Assembly: GCA_937870915.1 (NCBI GenBank)
Contig: CALMZQ010000221.1
Span: 999 to 64,998, forward strand
Direction of reading: 5' to 3'
Origin: an uncultured Ignavibacteria bacterium
GTDB taxonomy: Bacteria > Bacteroidota > Ignavibacteria > Kapaibacteriales > Kapaibacteriaceae
DNA length: 64,000 nt
Under the pieces are notes generated by a model. It had not been told where the DNA came from. It saw nothing but the letters and a program-made list of their open reading frames with translations, and searched no databases. Shown here one piece after another: positions 58,724-64,000 of the stretch (the stretch's first letter is position 1; each line of letters begins with the position of its first letter). The translations under genes and the position numbers were made by a program.

Positions 58724-61135
58724 ATGCGCACCCTTTGGTGCCTTGTGGTGTTTGTTGCGTCTCTGAGCCTATCACCGGCACAGGGCGACGTAACATTGCG
58801 AGGGTCCGTGTTCGATACAGATTCAAGTGGTCCACTTCGATTTGTGAGCGTTCGCGTTCTAGAATCACGTTCGGCCACAATGACCGATCGTAGAGGAGCA
58901 TTTCTTCTGCGAATCCCTCAAGCACAACTGCGCAACCTAAGAACATTGACGGTTGTTTTTTCCTTGGTTGGATATGCTCCAGATACGGTGCGTAGGCCTG
59001 TAACCGATGCAGTGTTCGCAGTTGGACTGCGGGAGAGGGCGTTCACGGGTGCCGAGGTTGTGGTTTCGGCTGAAGATCCTGCAGTACAAATCATGAGGCG
59101 CGTCCTTGCCCGAAAGGCTCGGCAACGAGACTCGCTGGATAGGTACTCGTACATGCTCTACACAAAGTTTGTTGTCAACACAGATACAGCAACCGCATCT
59201 CGCAGTTCCGGTCGAGGAGACACAACGGTTTTCAGCATCCTTGAATCATTCTCTCGTGGCTATTATGCCAAACCGGGACGGTATTTCAACGAGATCATAC
59301 AACGGCGACAGACGGCAAACATTCCACCCCAGGCAAATTTTGTCTCCTTCGGAACAAACCTCAATGCCTATGACGATGCTGTAACGATTCTGAATGAGGA
59401 GATCCAATCGCCCCTTCATCCCAATGCAATCGACGATTACGAATTTGTGTTAAAGAGTAGTGTTGAGGATGACACAGTGCTCATTGACGTATCACCAAAA
59501 AGTGCAGCTCGAAGGGCATTCACGGGCACCATCTATGTTGATCAACGCAATAACGTTCCGCTCGAAGTGCGACTTACTCCAAACAGATCAGTGAACCTAC
59601 CATTTGATGCTTCACTTCAATACCGACAGAGTTTCATCGTGTCAGAAGGGGTCGTGGTCCCCGAAGCACTCTCCATACAATCTTCGCTCGTCGCAGAGAT
59701 ATTCTTTCTCTTCGCTCCGAGACTTGATATCGAGATTGAGACCTTCTGTTATGACTATCTCATCAATGCACCCATCGAAAATGATCTTTTCGAACAACGT
59801 CGCGTTGAGATATCCGAGCAGGCAAACACGTTCGATTCCACCTTTTGGAATGTGAATCAGAAACTTCCTCTACGCAAGGAAGAGGCTAGTGCGTACGCAG
59901 AGATCCAGAACCTGATTGATAATCCTGATAGTCTCCAGACAACGTTTCTCGATCGATATATTGGTCCGGTAACGCGTACTCTTGCTCGATTAGGCAGGCG
60001 CCCCTTCTCGGGATTTGAAGACATCTTCCGATACAATCGGATCCACGGTCCATACCTAGGACTTGGTATGCGTTTTCGTCCCGACACTGTTCTAGAGATA
60101 GAGGCATCAGCAGGATATGGTTTTATGGACAAACAGGGGTTCGGTTCTGCTAAGTCCACATGGTTCATCGGAGAACGTCAAAAGTGGACCATTGACGGGG
60201 CGTTGTACAAGGTACTGCAGAGGCGAGACGACCCAAATGTTGTGAGAACGGGGCTTATCACGTTCACAAGTCTTCTCTTCGGCAACGACTATGGGGACTA
60301 CTACTACCGCACGGGTGGAGAGGCAGGAATTGGATATACATGGGGACAGTTGCGTTTCATTCGTAACGATCTGTGGTCGCGTCCAAGTGGCATACGGTTG
60401 TTCGTAAGATCCGATGATCATCGATCGGCAACATCTGTGCCGGCGTGGTCATTGTTCAAACCGAATGCAGACTTGAGAGAGAATCCGGCAATTTTCGATG
60501 GCACCATGCGAACGATCGGCATGACGCTGACATTGGACTATTCACCAATCCGCTTGATCTCGAGAACGGGGACGTGGTTGAACGTGGAAACATCGCGACC
60601 AGGGATCCTCGCTTCGAGCTATGATTTCACCAAGGCCTCGTGGATAGGTGTGTTACGCTTAAAGACGCTACCATTGTGGACACTCGATGTTGTTGCAACT
60701 GCCGGTTGGTCGTGGGGTGCAGTGCCCCCTCAGAAATTCTCCAGTTTGGAGTCGAGCGTAAGCGGTCTTGTAGTTGGATCTGTGTTCCGCGGAATGAGTG
60801 TTAAAGAGTTCTATGGCGATCGATATGCAACCGTTTCCCTCAGTCATAACTTTGGTGAAGTGATACCCGGACTACTTCGCATCCCGGATATAGCCTCATT
60901 CGGTATTGAGTTTGTGGCCTTTGGAGGTGTGGGATGGACAACCTTCTCGCCTCAGACCCAAGAATACACTCGGACAACGTTGCCAACAACAGACCTAACG
61001 GCCGATAACACATATTATGAGGTGGGCCTAGGTATCAATCGCATTCTCCTCTTTTTCCGTCTCGACGTAAATGCACGCCTTTCACAAAAATCAACGCCAG
61101 AGTTCAGGATCACGTTATCAGGTGCAACCTTTTAG
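58724..61135 (+). CDS. Outer-membrane protein with N-terminal carboxypeptidase-regulatory-like domain (DUF5686-like)
   Basis: Signal peptide, G.V.D....PL.FVSV, FSLVGY, SPL, FW...PL, RYNRIHG, YYEVGLGI, terminal F. Confidence 0.75.
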   Translation: MRTLWCLVVFVASLSLSPAQGDVTLRGSVFDTDSSGPLRFVSVRVLESRSATMTDRRGAFLLRIPQAQLRNLRTLTVVFSLVGYAPDTVRRPVTDAVFAVGLRERAFTGAEVVVSAEDPAVQIMRRVLARKARQRDSLDRYSYMLYTKFVVNTDTATASRSSGRGDTTVFSILESFSRGYYAKPGRYFNEIIQRRQTANIPPQANFVSFGTNLNAYDDAVTILNEEIQSPLHPNAIDDYEFVLKSSVEDDTVLIDVSPKSAARRAFTGTIYVDQRNNVPLEVRLTPNRSVNLPFDASLQYRQSFIVSEGVVVPEALSIQSSLVAEIFFLFAPRLDIEIETFCYDYLINAPIENDLFEQRRVEISEQANTFDSTFWNVNQKLPLRKEEASAYAEIQNLIDNPDSLQTTFLDRYIGPVTRTLARLGRRPFSGFEDIFRYNRIHGPYLGLGMRFRPDTVLEIEASAGYGFMDKQGFGSAKSTWFIGERQKWTIDGALYKVLQRRDDPNVVRTGLITFTSLLFGNDYGDYYYRTGGEAGIGYTWGQLRFIRNDLWSRPSGIRLFVRSDDHRSATSVPAWSLFKPNADLRENPAIFDGTMRTIGMTLTLDYSPIRLISRTGTWLNVETSRPGILASSYDFTKASWIGVLRLKTLPLWTLDVVATAGWSWGAVPPQKFSSLESSVSGLVVGSVFRGMSVKEFYGDRYATVSLSHNFGEVIPGLLRIPDIASFGIEFVAFGGVGWTTFSPQTQEYTRTTLPTTDLTADNTYYEVGLGINRILLFFRLDVNARLSQKSTPEFRITLSGATF

Positions 61136-61202
61136 AGATAGTTGCCTTGTATACTTGTGACTATCTTTAGTGGTGTTATAACATTGTTCTGAGGGGTAAA
61201 AT

Positions 61203-61569
61203 ATGCAGCTGCGAGCTATTGCTTTTTGTGTAGTTGCGTTACTACTCTATGGCTCCATCTATACAAGCAGCCAAACACTTCATTGGACAGGTCATTGCAT
61301 CAACTGACGATGGAAGCACCTGGACAGTTCTAGAGTTACCTGAGCTTGGGAGTGAAGCGGTCAATAGTATGGATCTCATCGATTTAACGATCAATTGGAA
61401 TGGCGGTGCAGCACAGCTCTATGTTGCTACGCCTGATGGTAGAACCGTTCTGGAACTGTCGATTACCGGACCAACGGAAAAGATCGACACGTCGCATCTT
61501 GCGCCCGGCGCATACGCAGTGTCGATCTCTTCAGAAAGAGGAACTGTAGGGGCTGTAGTGGTAAGATGA
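61203..61569 (+). pseudogene. Collapsed, frameshifted remnant of a secreted BNR-repeat T9SS cargo gene
   Basis: Frame 1 from ATG 61203 gives a signal peptide (MQLRAIAFCVVALLLYGSIYTSS-QTLHW) then stops at 61307; another frame holds an Asp-box (STDDGSTW) and a CTD-like tail (DGR.V...IDTSHLAPGAY.V). Confidence 0.6.
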
Positions 61570-61589
61570 ATGATCTTACGTGACCGCGA

Positions 61590-63059
61590 CTACTGTACGA
61601 TCAGTCTCTGTACAGCACGCTCACCCTTGTCTGTAGTCATGGTAACAAGGTACATGCCCGGAAGAACGCCTTCTAGTGTAAAGGCAATCTGTCCGGACCC
61701 TGCTTGTTTACGCAAGCCAGAGGCTAGAGTAGCAACCTTGTTCCCAGCAAGATCATGGAGGTCGATCGAGATCTGTCGGTCACCGGTCAATTCATAGGAG
61801 ACTGTTGCACCACCATCCATCGTAGGATTGGGATAAATATTCTCCAAGCGCAGTGCTCCCGACTCAATCCTGTTTTCTTGTAGGTGAGAACCATCTACGT
61901 TTGGAATGATTGCCTTAGAAGACCCGCCCCTTCTGAGGATTATCACGCGAGTTTTGGTTGACATGCGTGCACAGGATGGCAATGTTGAGTCAAGGCTAGT
62001 CAATATGTCGGCATCGGCAGTGATATGCGTTCCCATTCGCTTGATCTCGATCCGACGTTGCACCACTTTGCGCTGCCCGATCGAGGTGTCGGACTGTGTT
62101 ACCCAGGTCATGGACTTTGACTGCGTTGAATCAGTACCCCCATCCAGAACAATTGTTTTGATACTGGCCAACATCTCTCTGCTATGAGCATTCATCGTAT
62201 CAAGCATCGGAATAGAGCGCACTAAGGAGTCGATGTTTAGGGAATGAATTTCAGCGAGTTCGCCGTCATTCATAACCTGGATGTCAAGATTGAGATCCTG
62301 AGTTCCTCGCTCCTTGCAAAGTTGTTTCTCCACGCCCTCCGGAAGCATCTGCATTACATCCTGAGTTGGGGAGAACCACATAAGCATCGTGCCATCAGAC
62401 GATGGGGCTTCAACAGGTATAAGTTCATTGGGATCGAATGAGCGAGACATCTCAATACGAACCACCTTGCCCCTTCCATCTGCAGAGGTGAACATCACCG
62501 GCATCGGTCCCGGACCGTTGCGTAGGGCTACTTCTTGACGTTCACCATTCTTCCAGACACAGATTGTACCGTTGGCTGTTCTAGGCCGTGGCATACACTG
62601 CGCAAGGCTGTCGGCATGAGGTACCATTGTACGCAGTATTCCCAATGAAGCAACATCGATGTTTAGTTGTTGAAGGTCATCCGACTCGAGGGACAGTACA
62701 GCGATCGACATCGTCGATTCGCCCTCACGTTTTACAGACGTCTCTGTGATGTCATCTGATGGGCTATCTGCAGCCGGCTCGATAACACGAATCTCGCGAG
62801 TAGTAGGACGTGGTTCGGCAACGGCACCAAGGTTGTTTTGGGTTTGCTGTGGTGGTTCCGGAGATAGGATGTAGGCTGTTAGACCTGCAGCCATGGAGAG
62901 GGTGGCAACTGTAGTTGCGATGATGGCAGGCATAGATGTACTCGGTATAGGGGCTGACCCTACGCTCTCAACGATGGAACGCACATCATCGGAGGAGACC
63001 GGAGATGTTTCCTGGCGGGCACGTGCAAAAAGTGTCTGGAGGTTGCGTTTCGGTGACAT
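61590..63059 (-). CDS. Probable anti-sigma factor: short N-terminal domain, one TM, C-terminal T9SS-CTD-like domain
   Basis: Coupled to the ECF sigma gene; TM IIATTVATLSMAAGLTAYIL; C-terminal IYPNP...DLAG.KV...PGMYLV. Confidence 0.65.
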   Translation of the reverse strand: MSPKRNLQTLFARARQETSPVSSDDVRSIVESVGSAPIPSTSMPAIIATTVATLSMAAGLTAYILSPEPPQQTQNNLGAVAEPRPTTREIRVIEPAADSPSDDITETSVKREGESTMSIAVLSLESDDLQQLNIDVASLGILRTMVPHADSLAQCMPRPRTANGTICVWKNGERQEVALRNGPGPMPVMFTSADGRGKVVRIEMSRSFDPNELIPVEAPSSDGTMLMWFSPTQDVMQMLPEGVEKQLCKERGTQDLNLDIQVMNDGELAEIHSLNIDSLVRSIPMLDTMNAHSREMLASIKTIVLDGGTDSTQSKSMTWVTQSDTSIGQRKVVQRRIEIKRMGTHITADADILTSLDSTLPSCARMSTKTRVIILRRGGSSKAIIPNVDGSHLQENRIESGALRLENIYPNPTMDGGATVSYELTGDRQISIDLHDLAGNKVATLASGLRKQAGSGQIAFTLEGVLPGMYLVTMTTDKGERAVQRLIVQ

Positions 63060-63625
63060 TATAGGATCGGCTGATTGTGAACACGTGGAATTGGTTGAAG
63101 CGGAGGCTCTTCTTGCTGAAGGTCTGCGCCTAACATCATGGCCAATAAACGTCGGCCACGGACGAGTCGAGATTTCACGCCGGAGAGAGTTCCGCCTTGG
63201 ATTCCCTTGATCTCCTCGAGGGATAGGCCAAGTATGTCGAAGAGGATAACAGCTTCTCGCATTCGTTCCGGTAGACGCTGCAGCGCCTCACGGAGAATTA
63301 CGATATCCATCTGCACATCCGGTTGCGCGTCCGTATTGGGAATCTCATGGGCAGAACGTTCATCGTAGTGTCCGAAGAGCGTTCTGCGCCACCGATGCCG
63401 TTTTACGAGTCGATGTGCGATCGTGAATAGAAACGAAACAAAAGCTTGTTCGTCTCGAAGCTTGTGGATCGATTGATACGCCTGAAGGACCGTTTCAGAC
63501 ATCATGTCCTCTGCCTCGTGGTCGGTGCGTACCATTGAGCGCACAAACCGCCACAACGCACTGCGTTGTGGTTCAAAAAGCCTGAGGAACAGATCCTGTA
63601 GGTCGCGATCTTCCTGTATGCCCAT
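63059..63625 (-). CDS. ECF RNA polymerase sigma-70 factor
   Basis: AEDMMSET, F.SFLFTIA, LPERMREA.IL, GLS.EEI, GVKSRL.RGR. Confidence 0.92.
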   Translation of the reverse strand: MGIQEDRDLQDLFLRLFEPQRSALWRFVRSMVRTDHEAEDMMSETVLQAYQSIHKLRDEQAFVSFLFTIAHRLVKRHRWRRTLFGHYDERSAHEIPNTDAQPDVQMDIVILREALQRLPERMREAVILFDILGLSLEEIKGIQGGTLSGVKSRLVRGRRLLAMMLGADLQQEEPPLQPIPRVHNQPIL

Positions 63626-63700
63626 GTGGTCGTTGTTTGCGCGCAACAGGGGGTAGGTGACGCGTGGACGCAAAAAGTTTCATCGACACGCCGATCACGA

Positions 63701-64000
63701 TCATTCCGTGACCACCGTAATACAATCGGCTGCTGTGCGAGCATGTGCACGAAGTGCTTCCACGTCTGCGTCCGGAGTTCCATTGGCTAGTGCTACAGCC
63801 ATTCGGCGATAAGGTCTGGTGTTGGGCTTTCCGAAAATGCGGATCTCAATCTCGGGCATTGAGAGGGCCGTATCGATACCGGTGTAGGTAGGGGGCTCTG
63901 CGGAAGCCTCAGTGGCAAGAATCACCGCGGAAGCACCGGCATGATCAAGGACGATGGATGGGATGGGATAGCCAAGAACAGCTCGAGCATGAAGCTCGAA
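63701..64000 (-). CDS. purT: Formate-dependent phosphoribosylglycinamide formyltransferase, 3' part
   Basis: FELHARAVLGYPIP...GASAVILA...IRIFGKP....RRMAVALA is the PurT C-terminus; open to the window edge. Confidence 0.88.
   Translation of the reverse strand, partial: FELHARAVLGYPIPSIVLDHAGASAVILATEASAEPPTYTGIDTALSMPEIEIRIFGKPNTRPYRRMAVALANGTPDADVEALRAHARTAADCITVVTE

Overview
Bacterial chromosomal window, most likely FCB/Bacteroidota-related. This is inferred from SprA, a PorQ/PorV-like barrel, type IX secretion C-terminal domains, TAnnTTTG promoter boxes and Gln after many signal peptides. About 1-38 kb and 51.5-64 kb are mostly housekeeping: rpmG, lon, infC-rpmI-rplT, pheS, rimO-coaD-rsmD, comEA, hrcA-grpE-dnaJ, sprA, parAB, mtaB, truA, pyrG, an ECF sigma/anti-sigma pair and partial purT. 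An accessory block at ~38.8-51.5 kb holds three notable things. (i) A damage-inducible mutagenesis cassette (XRE-HTH/S24 repressor, ImuB/ImuY-like, DUF6504-like, DnaE2) with a shared candidate operator AATATACAAAATGTA. (ii) Four tandem paralogous secreted proteins inside that cassette. (iii) The most striking feature: five small peptide genes that all end in IDR[AG]E[DE], two of 61-62 aa with hydrophobic N-termini and three of 17 aa missed by the ORF track. They lie divergent from a 506-aa helical, possibly HTH/TPR-like, protein and are followed by a degenerate GIY-YIG-like gene, making this a candidate undescribed peptide signalling or sensing system. All family assignments come from motif recognition by eye; no database searches were run.
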